Below are positions 24,501 through 37,300 of a stretch of DNA of 64,000 nucleotides, piece by piece. Within the stretch, counting starts at the first letter, position 1; each line of letters starts with the position of its first letter. The stretch lies in assembly GCA_014905635.1 (NCBI GenBank), contig JABVCE010000037.1, positions 186,001-250,000 on the forward strand. The letters are read 5' to 3'. Both the position numbers and the translations under genes were made by a program. Origin of the DNA: Scenedesmus sp. PABB004 (taxonomy: Eukaryota). The notes below the pieces were generated by a model. That model saw only the letters and a program-made list of their open reading frames with translations, was not told the origin of the DNA and ran no database searches.

Positions 24501-25660
24501 TCAACACGCTCTTCGACTCGTACAGGCGCGGCCCGATTGATTTAGCGGGACTGATCGAGTTCGTGGGTTATCGGGGCGTGGCTGTTGTCTGGCCGATGCG
24601 AGCCCTCGCACGTCATTGCTGCCGCACCCCCCCCCCCCCCCCGACCGCCACCCCTGCCCCGCGACCTACGGCACGACCCTGGTCGCACCCCCAACCCACA
24701 CAGGCCTGTCGCGGGCGAGATCAGCATGCGCGAGAACGGCTCCCTCATCGCCTTTGAGACGGGGCAGGTCACTGCGTATGCGATCGAAACCGCGCAGGAG
24801 CGGGGGCAGCTCTTCGTGCGCCCCGGCGACCAGGCGCGTGGGCGCGCGCGTGCAATTGCGCGGCCGTGCACTGCCATATGCGTGCGCGCGACGCCGCCGC
24901 GCCGCGGCTCTTCTCAACCCCAAAACCCTCAACCCTCGCCCCTAAACCCCGCGCCCCTCCCGCACCACCCCCCAGGTGTACGAGGGCCAGGTCGTGGGCG
25001 TGGCCAACAAGAGCGGCGACCTCAAGCTCAACGTGGCCAAGGCCAAGGCGCTCACCAACATGCGCGCGAGCCAGTCGGAGAAGCGGGTGCGTGCGCGTGC
25101 GTGTGTGTGCGGGTGTGCGAGTGTGTGTGTGTGTGTGGGGGGGGGGGGCAGGCGGCGAGCGGCCGGCGGCGGCGCCGTCACACACGTGCAGAGCATTCCT
25201 CGAAGCACGCGCCGCCGCCACCGCCGCCCTTGCTCCCCGCCGCCGCACGCGCCGCCGCCCACGTGCCGCCGGCCGCGCTGCCCCGCGCGCAGGTCGCGCT
25301 GGACGAGGCGCGTGTGATGGGCCTGGACGACGCGCTGGAGTACATCACCGACGACGAGCTCGTGGAGGTGCGGTGGCTTGTTGCTTGCAGGGTTAAGGGT
25401 GGCTAGGGGGCTAGGGTTTAGTGGGCAGGCATGTGTCAGGGTTTAGGGGTCAGCAGGAGATTCGGGGGGACGCACGCGCCGCCGCGCGCGGCGTGGGGGC
25501 GGCGGGCACGGGGCCCAGGGGCGCGACGGCGCGCGCGGCCGCTGGCGCCCCGCTCTGCCCCACGCCGTCGCTGCTGCCCGCCCGCGCGCGCGCGCAGGTG
25601 ACGCCGCAGAGCATCCGCATCCGCAAGGATCCCTCCGCCAAGCCCAAGGCGCGCCGCTGA
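19034..25660 (+). CDS. typA: Plastid-targeted translational GTPase TypA/BipA (SVR3 homologue), many exons
   Basis: Transit-peptide-like N-terminus; [109 protein letters not shown]. Confidence 0.96.
20423..20551. repeat. (CT)n microsatellite in a TypA intron (another at ~21460-21550)
   Basis: Directly visible. Confidence 0.95.
23490..23605. repeat. (TCAC)n microsatellite in a TypA intron
   Basis: Directly visible. Confidence 0.9.
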
Positions 25661-26165
25661 GCGCCGCTGAGCGCGCAGGCGGCGGCGGCGGCGGCCGGCG
25701 CGGCATGTTGCGCCGCGCTCGGCCCCGCTCCTGCTGGTGGTGTGTGAGAGGGCGAGCTGTGGCGCTGTGTGTGCGTGGTGTCGAGCTGGCGCCGGGCGAT
25801 GCGCTGCTGGGGGATTGCCCACGCACGTCGGCGGAGGCTGGGCGTGGGCGCAGGCGCGCGTGTGTCCCTGCGCTGCGCGCGGCGCGCGCGCCGCTCGCGG
25901 TGCGCCTGAGCGAGGGCCGCCGCGCGGGCGGCGCCATTGGCTGCTGCGCGGTGTGCGAGAGCGAGCGAACGCGCGGGCGGCTGCCCTGGCGCGCCGGTGA
26001 AAGCGGCGCTCCGGAGCATCCGTTCCCTCCGCGCACGCAGCGCGCGCGTCCAGCACGCAGCGCCGCGCCCGCCGCCAGCCAGCATGGTCAGCCAGCGCGC
26101 GAGCCTGCCGCTGTGCGCTCTGCGCGGCAGCACGTCTCAACAGTACCAGAGTTACATGGCTCCAT
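25622..26165 (+). repeat. Copy 1 of a diverged direct duplication (TypA last codons plus 3' UTR)
   Basis: Matches 33445-34040 by eye, e.g. GGCTGCCC(T/C)GGCGCGCCGGTGAAAGCGGC and GATGCGCTGCTGGGG. Confidence 0.85.
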
Positions 26166-26836
26166 GGGGCCCGTGAAGCACACAGGGGGGGGGGATGTTG
26201 TTGAGAGATCAGGGATTGTGCGATGGACGTGTCGGTGCCCAGCGCGTGCTGCGCGGCAAAGCACAATCTTGCAACAGCATGACATAAGAGGCCAAAGGAG
26301 CAGCAGCAAACCCGACAGGTCATGCAATGATGAGGAACAACCAAGGCGGTGGCTTGGCTGGGCCCGGCGGGGCACCAGGGTCGCTGCCAGCGTGCCGGCA
26401 CTCCTCGGTCGCGCGCAGCGTAGCGCAGGCAGGTCCCCGCGCGTGCGCGGCGCCACACACAAGAGCTCGCAGGCTTTTCGTAAACACCCGCTCCCGGCGC
26501 TTGACACACGCGCCACCGCGGTGGTGCGGCCGTAGGCCCACGCGCACGCGCGCGACAGTCATCGTCCCTCCCACCCAGGCGGGATTGAGAAGATCAGCGG
26601 GCAACAAGCTGGCTCATGGCATGAAGAGAAGGGCCCCGTGCATCGATGGCAATGCATCGAGCGTGCATGGCGGTGTTCAGCCGCTGCCCCGCCGCGCGGT
26701 CATTGCCGAGGGCCTGGGCGGCGGCACACTGCGCACAAAACAGTGCGGCAAAGAACCAATAAAGAATAGCGTCAATAATGCCTTGTGCGGGTCAAGAGTG
26801 GGATATCAATACAGCTCCACAGGGCAGCGCGTCCTC

Positions 26837-29800
26837 TCACACAGCCGCAGTGAGTGTGAAGAGGCGACTCCGGCCTAACGGCCCTCCCGCGGTGCCAACG
26901 CCATCGTCAAACATGCGGATGATACAGTTGGCCGTGCCCGGCGAGCTGACAAGCCCTGCATAAAAGGTCACGTTGCACGTGGTAGAGGTGGTTGACTCAC
27001 AGGTCACTGCTCGGCGGCGCACGGTGTTGGCGGGGCCGGTGCGGCAGCGGGCGGCCGGGGGCGGGCGTCCGGGTGAGGAAGGCGGTGCGGTGCGGCGCGG
27101 CGCGCGGTGGCCAGGGCAGAGGGGCGCACGGGGGCGGCGGCGGCGCGCGGGGCAAGCTGCGCCACGCGCCGAGAGCCACGCGCCGCGTGCCATGCGCCAC
27201 GCGCTACGCGCCGCGCGCCCTGTCGCCCTTATCTGATGCTCGCCCCTGCGCACACCCACCGGTTATGAAGTTTGTGTATTCAGAGTGCGTGTTGCATGCC
27301 GTGGTGATGTTGGCCGTGGGGAAGGTCTGCCCGGGGTCGTTGGGGGTGCGGGCATACACAAATGCAGAAATCGTTGTGGACACGCCCTGTATGATGCTCA
27401 CCGAGCTGGTGCTCAGGAAAAAGCTCGGCTGCGTGTTGACTGCGGCGCGCACGAGCCGGGTGGCAGGCGGACGGGCGGGCGGGCGGCGTTCAGCAATGAG
27501 GAAGGCATGCACGCACAGGGGCGTAGGGCAGTGGCGCGCGCCGCCGCCGTTGCGCTCGGCACGGAGAGCGGCGGCCCTGCCGCAGCGCGGTCGCCGAGCA
27601 GGCTGCCCCAGCCTAGCACAGCGCGCGGGGTGGGGGGTGCATCGGTGCCGGCGCCGCGCGCTTGCCACCATTGCCAGGCCACGGAGGCTGCCGGGCGGCC
27701 GCAGCACAACCGTGTACTGCCTGGTGTGACGCGGCGCTGCGCTGTCTCCCCGCACAAGCCGCCAGCGCGCGCGGCCCGCTCACCTGGCAACGACGCCGTG
27801 ATGGTGAAGCTCTGCATACTGGAGCCCGTGCCGCCACTGGTGCCGGCGCCGTCGTCAGTGGCCGTGACGTTGCAGTTGGTGGTGCCGCTGCTGCTTGCAG
27901 TGAAGGCCAGGTCGTATTGGGCAGAGCTGAGGGTCAGGCTCGGGGCGCTGCTGAACGTCACGCCCGCCTCGCATGACACGTTGACGCCACTGATGGTCTG
28001 GCCGGCATCGTTGGCGTCGACGCAGATGACGAATCTAGGCAGGGACAGGGCGGTCCCAGATGTGGCAGCGATGGTGGTGCTGCTTAACGAGAAGCTTGGC
28101 GCTGTGTTGGCAGGCAGGGCACACGCACCATTTGACTGCACGGCCCAGGTGCCAGTGGCGCCATCACACACGGCAGTCGGAGCCGTGCCGCTGGCTGGCG
28201 CGACACACACGCCCTGGCAGGTGGCGCCAGCCGCGCTGCTGGGGCAGGCGGACCCGGACCAACCAGAGTTGGAGCTCGTGAGTTGCAGCCCCACTGGCAC
28301 GGTCGCAGGGCAAGGCACTGCCAGGCGGTACGCGGCGTGGCAGCAGTGAGTGCTGAGAGGGCTGAGGCATGGGCAGCTGCACAGCTGGTTGGCCACCGCA
28401 GTGCGTTCTGCTGCATGGCTCCCGTACTTACGCTGGCAGCTCGCGTTTGTCGTCACAGACCAGACGCCCAGGGCGTTGCACGAGGCCACCGGTGCTGTGC
28501 CACTGCTGCCGCCGGTGCAGGTGCCGGTGCACGTCGCGACCGCCACCGCGGTGCTGCACAAACCAGGCCAGGCAGCGTTGGTGCCAGCGGGTGGGAGCGT
28601 GCCGCAGGGCACAATGACCACTGCGGGGCGGCAAAAGGGCAGTGCCAGCGACAGCTGTTGGCGTGGGTGGCAGCGCGGTGCCTTTGTCCAGCTGGCCCGG
28701 CCCGCTCACCTGGCAACGACGCCGTGATGGTGAAGCTCTGCATACTGGAGCCCGTGCCGCCACTGGTGCCGGCGCCGTCGTCAGTGGCCGTGACGTTGCA
28801 GTTGGTGGTGCCGCTGCTGCTTGCAGTGAAGGCCAGGTCGTATTGGGCAGAGCTGAGGGTCAGGCTCGGGGCGCTGCTGAACGTCACGCCCGCCTCGCAT
28901 GACACGTTGACGCCACTGATGGTCTGGCCGGCATCGTTGGCGTCGACGCAGATGACGAAGCTAGGCAGGGACAGGGCGGTCCCAGATGTGGCAGCGATGG
29001 TGGTGCTGCTTAACGAGAAGCTTGGCGCTGTGTTGGCAGGCAGGGCACACGCACCATTTGACTGCACGGCCCAGGTGCCAGTGGCGCCATCACACACGGC
29101 AGTCGGAGCCGTGCCGCTGGCTGGCGCGACACACACGCCCTGGCAGGTGGCGCCAGCCGCGCTGCTGGGGCAGGCGGACCCGGACCAACCAGAGTTGGAG
29201 CTCGTGAGTTGCAGCCCCACTGGCACGGTCGCAGGGCAAGGCACTGCCAGGCGGTACGCGGCGTGGCAGCAGTGAGTGCTGAGAGGGCTGAGGCATGGGC
29301 AGCTGCACAGCTGGTTGGCCACCGCAGTGCGTTCTGCTGCATGGCTCCCGTACTTACGCTGGCAGCTCGCGTTTGTCGTCACAGACCAGACGCCCAGGGC
29401 GTTGCACGAGGCCACCGGTGCTGTGCCACTGCTGCCGCCGGTGCAGGTGCCGGTGCACGTCGCGACCGCCACCGCGGTGCTGCACAAACCAGGCCAGGCA
29501 GCGTTGGTGCCAGCGGGTGGGAGCGTGCCGCAGGGCACAATGACCACTGCGGGGCGGCAAAAGGGCAGTGCCAGCGACAGCTGTTGGCGTGGGTGGCAGC
29601 GCGGTGCCTTTGTCCAGGCCTCGCCTGGCCGCCGAGCGCACCTGGCGGCCATGGGCAGTCACCCTCATTGCAGTCTTGCTGCTTCGTGGTGCCCGCGGCG
29701 TGAGGGCACTCCTTGCCGCCAAACTGGGCCTCAATGGTCACATTCCACGTTGCGGTGATGCTGCCTGGCCCGCACGTCATGCTGCAGGTCGCGCCCACCG

Positions 29801-32556
29801 TGGACCAATCACCGACGCAGTCGATTGGGCAGGGCGCCTCGTTGCAGTCAAGCACGACCGTCTGGCCGTCCGCCACGCACTGGCCGCCGCCGTTTGACGC
29901 GGGGGCTGCGGTTGATCAGGCGGCGAGCTTGCCGTGAGCACGCAGCAGCCCCGCGCAGCGCGAGAGCCAGGCGCGGCCGCTGCGCCCAGGCCGTGCGTGC
30001 TGCCTCGCCACGGTGCACCGTGGCCCCCCACTCACTGGTGATCTTGAAGGTAAGGTTGCGCTCACCAGGGCCGCACTGCTTGCTGCAGGCGCCGACCAGC
30101 CACATGCCGGTGCAATCCTGGGGACATGAGGCCGTCGTGCTGCAGTCGACGGGCGTGTTGCTGGCGACGTACAGGCGCTCAGAGGGGAAAACAAAGGTTA
30201 TCTGGTTGCCGCCGGGTTCGGGCGCGCCCTGCATCAGCTGGCAATCAAACGTGCCCTGGGAGACGTCTGCGCTGGCGGCACCGCTCAGGCGCAAAGCAAT
30301 AACTGCAACGCAGGGCAGCGAGGTACGCGCCTTGCACGCGGCCACGCAGTCGTCAAACCGCACGCCCTCCAGCGGCGGGTGGTTGATGGGCGCACCCAGG
30401 CTCTGGTCGGGGGCCAACGAGAAGACGGCGCCCAGCAGCGTGGGCGACGACGCCGGCCGTGCCGCGCGCAAGCGGCGGCCGCTCTGGGCGGTGCCGGCAG
30501 AGACGTAGCTGGGAATAAAGAGTTTGCTGGGGCTGGTGGCCGGCGCGCTCTGCGGCGCAGCAGGGCAGCAGGGCAGCGGGGTAGAACGTCAGGTCAGGGA
30601 ATGTTGAGCGGATTGGTGGCTAGTGGCTGCATGATGCGCAGGCAAACGCCGCCCACCTCGAGCAGCAGCTCGCACCAGCCGCTGGTGCCAAACCTGTGCC
30701 CAGAGAGGCAGCAGCGGTGCGTGATCAGCGGGCAACATGCCGCAGCTAGCAGGCACCAGACCACGCGGCTGCCTGCAGCTGCGCCCGACCACGCTCACCT
30801 GGCAAAGATGCATTTGGCGCTGGCAACGCAGGCGGCAGTGCAATCTGCGGCTGTGCTGGCCGCCGGAATGGGCGTCACGGGGATGTTGGTGCTGTTAATG
30901 TCACGGCCGGACAGGGTCTGCGCCTCCTGGGCGCACTGCTCAAGCGCCGTGGAGCCCGCAGGCGACACGAAGCTGGCCGGGCAGTGCTTGCAGGCCCCCG
31001 CCTGCTCTGCGTCGTTGTAGCTGTTGATCGCGCACAGCGTGCAGCCGGCGCCAGCGGGCAACAGGTCGCCGTAGCCTAACAGGCAGAGGGAGCACTGCGA
31101 GAGGCTGCTGGAGGTGGTGCCAGGCGTCGTGCTGCCAGCGGGGCAGGCAGTGCAGTTGACGCCAACGCCCCCAGGCGACCAGAAGCCCTTGGCACAGGCT
31201 TGGATTGCGTTGCCGCTGGCACTGCCGTAACCAGGCGGCAAGACAGGCGCAGTGGCCTCGGCTGCGGCAGGACAGCGGATAGTGCCCGTGAGCAGCGCAT
31301 AGCGCACACCAATGGTGCGGCTCGGTGGCAGCCAGTAGCGGCGCTCACGTGTGCACTCGTTTGCCGAGGCGGCACCCTGGACCTTGGTGGTGGTGCCAGC
31401 CGGGCACGCGGTGCAGCGCCTGGCTGAGTTGTAGCCGGCGCTGAAGCTGCCCTTGGGGCAGGGTGCAGCTGTGCCGCGCTTGCCATCGACGAAATAGCCT
31501 GGCTCCACCAGGCACGCCTTGGGCCCAGCGTTGGGCAGCGCGGAGCCAGGGCTGGCGCCTGGAACCTGGTCAGCTGTCACCATGTTGAGCGGGCTGCGAC
31601 GGCGGGGGCGGCGGTGCTGCTGAGCATTGGCGGGCGGGCATGCAGCGCACACAACGGCGCAGTGGACCGGCACCCGGGCTGGCTCTCTCACCAGGGAATG
31701 CACGCGACCACCTGCTTGCGCGAGTGCGTGCTTGTGACGCGGCCGTACGTGCCGTTGCGGCACGGCAGCACCATCATTTCGCCGCCCACGAGCACAGTGC
31801 CTGGGCCGCGAATAGAGGTGCGGTGCGTGAGCGGTAGATGCTGTGCGGCACGACGCTGACCAGTGCGGCAGCCTCGGGGCGCGCGCAGCAGCCTTGGGCC
31901 ACACGCATCCGCCTGAGGCGCGAGCCAGGCGCAGCAGCAGCTGGGGGCCACGCTCCGGCCGCACCTGTGCCCGGCGGGAAGCTGCAGGCCCTGTGGCTGG
32001 CCGCGCCGCCGTCAGTCAAGAAGCCGACCCCGCAAGAGCGGCAGGGCTTGACGTTCCACCCCGCTTTGAACCAGCCCACACGGCACTCCTGTGGTTCGCC
32101 GCCTTGCAGCAGCTCCCAGCCGGGCGCGGCCCCTGCAGCGGCGGCAACAGGCCGATGGGCGGTGGGCGGATCAGCCCATGAGCGCGTGCGCGCGCCCAAC
32201 CCCACACCGCCAGCGCCTGCTAGCATCATCGGGCGCCTGCGCGCTGGCTGCGTGTGCGCGCGGGGCCGCGGCTCACTGCAGTCGCCGGCGTCGCGCGCCC
32301 CCTTGTGGCGCGTGGCCACGATGTCCCGCGGGTATGTGCGGCTGCAGGGCGTCGGCGCGACCGCGCCGCCCGGGCAGAAGAACGGGAGCGTGCACGGCGC
32401 GCACACGCCTGCGCCGCGGTCCAGGAAGGTGCCCGGCTTGCAGGGCTCGGCCATGGTGTAGGCGCCAGCGGCAGCCGCGGCGCTGCACCACAGCGCCAGC
32501 GCTGCCGCCAGCGCCACGGCCAACGCACGGGCGGAGCCGCCACCGCTGCGCTCCAT
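26837..32556 (-). CDS. Large secreted Cys-rich mosaic protein: signal peptide, GCC2/GCC3 (ephrin-receptor-like) repeats, PAN/Apple-like and TSP1-spondin modules, and three Ig/cadherin-like repeats
   Basis: MERSGGGSARALAVALAAALALWCSAAAAAG; CPKGSFSAGYNSARRCTACPAGTTT; CPIDCVGDWSTVGATCSMTCGPG...AQFGGKECP; ANTAPSF...TATDDGAGTSGGTGSSMQSFTITA. Exons are joined by GT-AG introns. A single-gene model is assumed. Confidence 0.72.
27772..29617. repeat. Near-perfect 926-bp-period tandem duplication (27772-28691 and 28698-29617)
   Basis: Identical ORFs offset by 926 (28060/28986, 28084/29010, 28164/29090); one visible difference, GAATCTAGG vs GAAGCTAGG. Confidence 0.95.
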
Positions 32557-33444
32557 GCCTGCTGGTCGGTGGGAGCTCCGAGCTAGCTCCCGCGCGGCCT
32601 CCTGCGGCAGCACGGGGCGGTGAATGAATGGGGATCCCTGCACGCCGCCGCGAGTGCAGCAGCCAGCGCAATCCACATAACCGCTCTAGTTTGGCGCACC
32701 CGCAGTCAGCGGCCTCGCGCGCCGGCAGGATGGACCGGAGCGGCCTGTCGATGCGATGGGCCCGCAGCGCGTGCGCGGATGGCTAGGCCGCTGCGGGTTG
32801 ATTCGTGGACGTGCAGTGGGTTGGAGCATTGGCGGGCAGCTGATGCGGGCGGAGGAAGGCGCGGCATTGTGATTTTTCAGCCCAACTTCGTGACAGAGTT
32901 CGCACGCGCCAGGTGCGCCAGCTCGGCCTCGCAGGCCGGCCCGGCAGGGCCATCGCAAACGAGCGCAGCACATCAGGAAGACTTGTGGCCGTCCCGACCG
33001 GCGGCGTGCGGCGTGCGTGGTGCCGCAACGCACAGATGAACACAGGGAAAGGAGGGGGGGGGGGCTCACAACGGCGAGCGGCTCCACCCATGCGCGGCAG
33101 GCTGTTCGCGGCGTCGTGTCGCTGCCTCGTCTATGCCCCGGCAGCAGGCTGCTCTCGTGCGAACGCGGGAGTGGCCACCCCCGTGTCGCGGTACACGGCA
33201 GCGGCGCCCCGCGGGTGAAGTAGGCGCCCATCAAGCGCACGCCTGGGAGGGTCTGTTCCATGGCGCAGGGTAGCTCTCGCGTCGGTCGTGCTGCTTGCTC
33301 TCGCCGCTCGGTGCGACGCCTGCGCGCCACCCTAGTACCCGCGCCTCCGCAGCGCATACACCTGGCGACACTCTGGCCACCCCCCGCCGGCCAGCCAGAC
33401 CTCGCGTGAGCGCTCGAGTGACCGCTGCCCGGCGTTCCTCGCAG

Positions 33445-34040
33445 CGCAAGGACCCCTTCGCCAAGCGCAAGGCGCACCGCTGAGCGCGCGGGCGGCGGCG
33501 GCGGTGGCGGCTGGCCGGTGTGGCGTTGCTCCGTGCATGGCCACTCCTGCTGGTGCGTGAGAGGGCGAGCTGGCTGCGTGTGCGTGCTGTTAAGCTGGCA
33601 CCGGTGGATGCGCTGCTGGGGATTGCCCGCAGCAACCTGCCAGAACGACACCAGGCTCGCGGCGCTGGTGGGTGTTGGCTTAACCGCGCGGGTGCCTGCG
33701 CTGCGCGCGGCGCGCGCCGCGCTCGCAGTGCGTCTGAGTGAGGGCCGCCGCGCGGGCGGTGCCATTCGCTGCTGCTGCGCGGTGTGCGAGAGCGAGCGAG
33801 CGCGCGGGCGGCTGCCCCGGCGCGCCGGTGAAAGCGGCACTCCGACGCCGGCCGCTCGAGCGTCGCCGCGGCGGGGGAGCCGGCCGCCGCCCAGCGCGGC
33901 CAGCGCGATGAGTGCGTGAGAGCCTGCGGCGGTCGCACGCGCCGTGGAAAGGAGCCGGTTGTGCCGCGCGCAGAACGCGGTGGTGCTACTGTCTTTTTCG
34001 GTGACACTACGCGCGCCGCCCCAGAGTACATGGCCCTCTG
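33445..34040 (+). pseudogene. Copy 2 of the duplication: orphan TypA C-terminal fragment plus 3' UTR
   Basis: Encodes RKDPFAKRKAHR* versus Typ[13 protein letters not shown], followed by sequence homologous to the TypA UTR. Confidence 0.8.
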
Positions 34041-34396
34041 CAGCTTAGGCCTCCACGACACACTTCGCCAGTCCACGCCGGCCAGCCAGACCGCGCGCGA
34101 GCGCGTGAGTGACCGCAGGGCACTGCGCGGCATTCCGACCGCTGCAGCGCCCGCCCGCCGCGAGGGAGTCCGTCTCGCGAGCGCACTGATCGATCGCGCC
34201 TTGCCGCACGGCGCCGCTCGGCGCTTTTGTCGCGTGCAGCACTCGCGGCAGCTCCGTGCAGCGCGCGGCGCGGGCGCCAGCGGCCGCCACGCCAGTGGCG
34301 GCCCGATCTCCCCACAAGACGGCTGGGCACCGCGCGAGCAGGCGCCTGGCTGCGCTGAGCCGACGCAGCGCGGCGGCACCTGCAGCGACGGCGCCG

Positions 34397-37300
34397 ATGC
34401 GCGCCCGCCAGCGCCCCTGGGCGGTGCTGGCCCTGCTGGCGCTGCTCGTGGGCGTAGCAGCAGGCTCACCTGACGCGGGTGGGCTGCCGCGGCCGGCACA
34501 GCAGCGCGCCGCAGCACACGCGCTGCCGCGGCACCAGGGGAGCTGCCTTGCGCCCGCCGCTGCCCCACCGCGCCACACCGCCGCGCCGCGCCGCCGCAGC
34601 CTCCACCTTTGTCGACGCCCCTGCGGCATCTGGGTACCAGCAGCAGCTGCAGCGGGAGAGCTTTGCCGCCGCCACGGCGGCGGCCGCGGCGGCCGCCGCC
34701 GCGTCGCCGTCGCGGGCGCGGCTCGCCGCCTACAGCCTGCCGCCGCTGCCGGCGGGCGGTGAGGACGGCAGCTACGTGTCCACCTCATCCATCGCCTACA
34801 AGGCCCGCAGCCAGACGTCCGCGGCGCAGCCCGCGCCCGCGCGCATGCCCGGCACGCCGCGCGGCGCGGCGGCGCCAGGTGGCGTGGGGGCTGCCCCCGT
34901 GACGCCGGGCAGCGGTGCGGGGCGGCCGGATGTCGTGGTCCCGCCCGCGATGCTGCCGGCGGCCGCGGCGTTGGCGGGCCGCGGCGGGCCCGGCGGCGCG
35001 GGCGGCGCCGGCGACGGCAGCAAGGTGGTGATGGCTGCCAAGGAGGGCGGCACCGCAGGTGCAGCGCCACCCGCCGCGCAAGCCTGCGTGCCCGGCCCGG
35101 TCAGGGCGGCGTGCGCCCGCGCCCACGCCGCCCTGCACCTTCCGCCGCCGCAAACGCGCGCAGCCCGCCAAGAGGGCCCCGACGACGACGACCCGGACGG
35201 CAAGGAGGAGCCGTTGAATGCAGATGACGAGGGGGTGGACGACGAGGAAGAGGCGCCGCCCACGCCAGCGGCGGCCAGCGCGCCCGCGCGCGCCGCCGCG
35301 GCCGCGCAGCCGCCCGGGTCGCCCACGCCTGCGCCCGCACCAGCTGCGCCGGCCGCGCCGGCAAGCCCCGCGCCGGCGAGCCCCGCGCCGGTGAGCCCCG
35401 CGCCGGCGAGCCTCGCGGCAGCGAGCCCGGCGCCGACGAGCCCGGCGCCGGCGAGCCCGGCGCCGGCGAGCCCAGCGCCGGCGAGCCCAGCGCCGGCGAG
35501 CCCGGCGCCGGCGAGCCCAGCGCCGGCGAGCCCGGCGCCGGCCAGCCCGGCGCCGGCGAGCCCGGCGCCGGCGAGCCCGGCGCCGGCGAGCCCGGCGCCG
35601 GCGAGCCCGGCGCCGGCGAGCCCAGCGCCGGCGAGCCCGGCGCCGGCCAGCCCGGCGCCGGCGAGCCCGGCGCCGGCGAGCCCGGCGCCGGCGAGCCCCG
35701 CGCCGGCGAGCCCAGCGCCGGCCAGCCCGGCGCCGGCGAGCCCCGCGCCAGCGAGCCCAGCGCCGGCCAGCCCGGCGCCGGCGAGCCCCGCGCCAGCGAG
35801 CCCCGCACCTGCGAGCCCGGCGCCGGCGAGCCCCGCGCCCGCCCGGGTCGAGGTGACCGCCAGCTATGCCAGCCCCGCGCCCGCGGGCGCCACGCCCGGC
35901 GCGGGCGCGCAGCCCCAGGTGGACGAGTCGGACGACGTGACAGATGACGAGGGCGACTCGGCTCAGCCAGCGCGCGGCACCGCCGCCGCGCCGGCGCCGG
36001 CGGCCGCGCCCAACCCGTCGGCGCCGCCCACCACGCCCGTGGCGCCGCCCGTCCGCGCCGTGCCGCTCGGCCCGGCGCCGCGCGTAGTGGTGCTCGAGAA
36101 CAGCACCAGCGTTGCCGTGGCCAACGCCAGCGTGACCACGGTGCGCCAGGTGACCGTGACCAACGTGACGACCACGACGACGGTCTCCACAACGCAGGTG
36201 CTCACCACCACCACCAGCACCGACGGCGACGGCAACGGCGCCGCGCCGCCGGTGTCAACCATGGTGGCAACGCCGAGCGGCGGCGCCGGCGGCGCGGCGA
36301 CGGCCAAGCCCTCGCTCGGGCCCGTGGAGATGCCGCCGCCCAGCCCCGCCGCGGGCGGCGCCGCAGCGGCGGCTCCCGCGGCCCGCGCCGCATCCGCGGC
36401 GCCGCGCGCGCCCGCGGTCGCGGCCGCGCCCGCCGAGGCGATCGTGCCCAACCCCGCGCCCTGGGTGTTCCGGCAGCCGGGGGCCAAGGGCAACATCACT
36501 CTGGGCGTCATGATGCCGCTGCAGGGCTCGCAGGTGCGTTCGGCTTCATGAAGCGCGCACGCGTGCGCCCGACCGGCCCCGCCGGCGCGTGCGCCGCGGG
36601 CCAACGCCCCGCCGCGTGCCCCGCCGCCGCGTCCGCGTCCGCGCCCGCAGCGCATCGCCGGGGAGGCGGCCGTCGTCGGCGTGCGCATGGCGATCACGGA
36701 CCTCGCGCCGAAGCTGCTGCCCGGGCTCGACGTGGTGCTGGACATCGCCAACAGCCGCTGCAAGGACATCCCAGCATTCAATGCGATGACCGCCCTCGCC
36801 GACGCCAAAGTCGGTGCGCGCGGCGGCGCGGGCAGCGGAGGCCTGGCCGCGGGCGGGCGGCGCCCGTGGGGCGCGCGGCCCGAGTGTGCGCGGCGCGCGC
36901 GCCGTCAACGCCGTGCCGAGCCCTGCCCGCGCCGCTCCGGCCCGCGCCGCCGCCGCCACCGCACGCGCGCGCGCGCGCCCGCAGCCGGCGTCGTGGGCGA
37001 GTTTTGCTCCTCAGCCTCTGTCGGCGCGGCGGGCGTGGCCAATGCGCGCAAGGTGCCGCTCATCAGCCCCGCCTCGACCTCGCCCTCGCTCAGCCAGGCT
37101 GACTACTTCTTCCGCACGGTGAGCCGCGGGGCTGAGCGAGGCCGAGTGTGGCTGAGTGCGGCTGAGCGAGGCCGAGTGGGGCCGAGCAAGGCCGGGCTGG
37201 GCAGAGCAAAGCCGAGCTGAGCAAGGCTGAGTGAGGCCGATCGAGCCCGGGCGGGGCGCCGAGCTGGGCCGGCCCCCTCCCCGCCCGCAGCCACCAAACA

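Noticed and set aside
26327..26878. 183-aa plus-strand ORF in the island
   Set aside because: No recognisable motif; more likely the 3' UTR or flank of the minus-strand gene.
35361..35840. Regular repeats (also 9357-9597 and 53211-53350) as a CRISPR array
   Set aside because: Head-to-tail units with no unique spacers, no cas genes, and a eukaryotic coding or intronic context.
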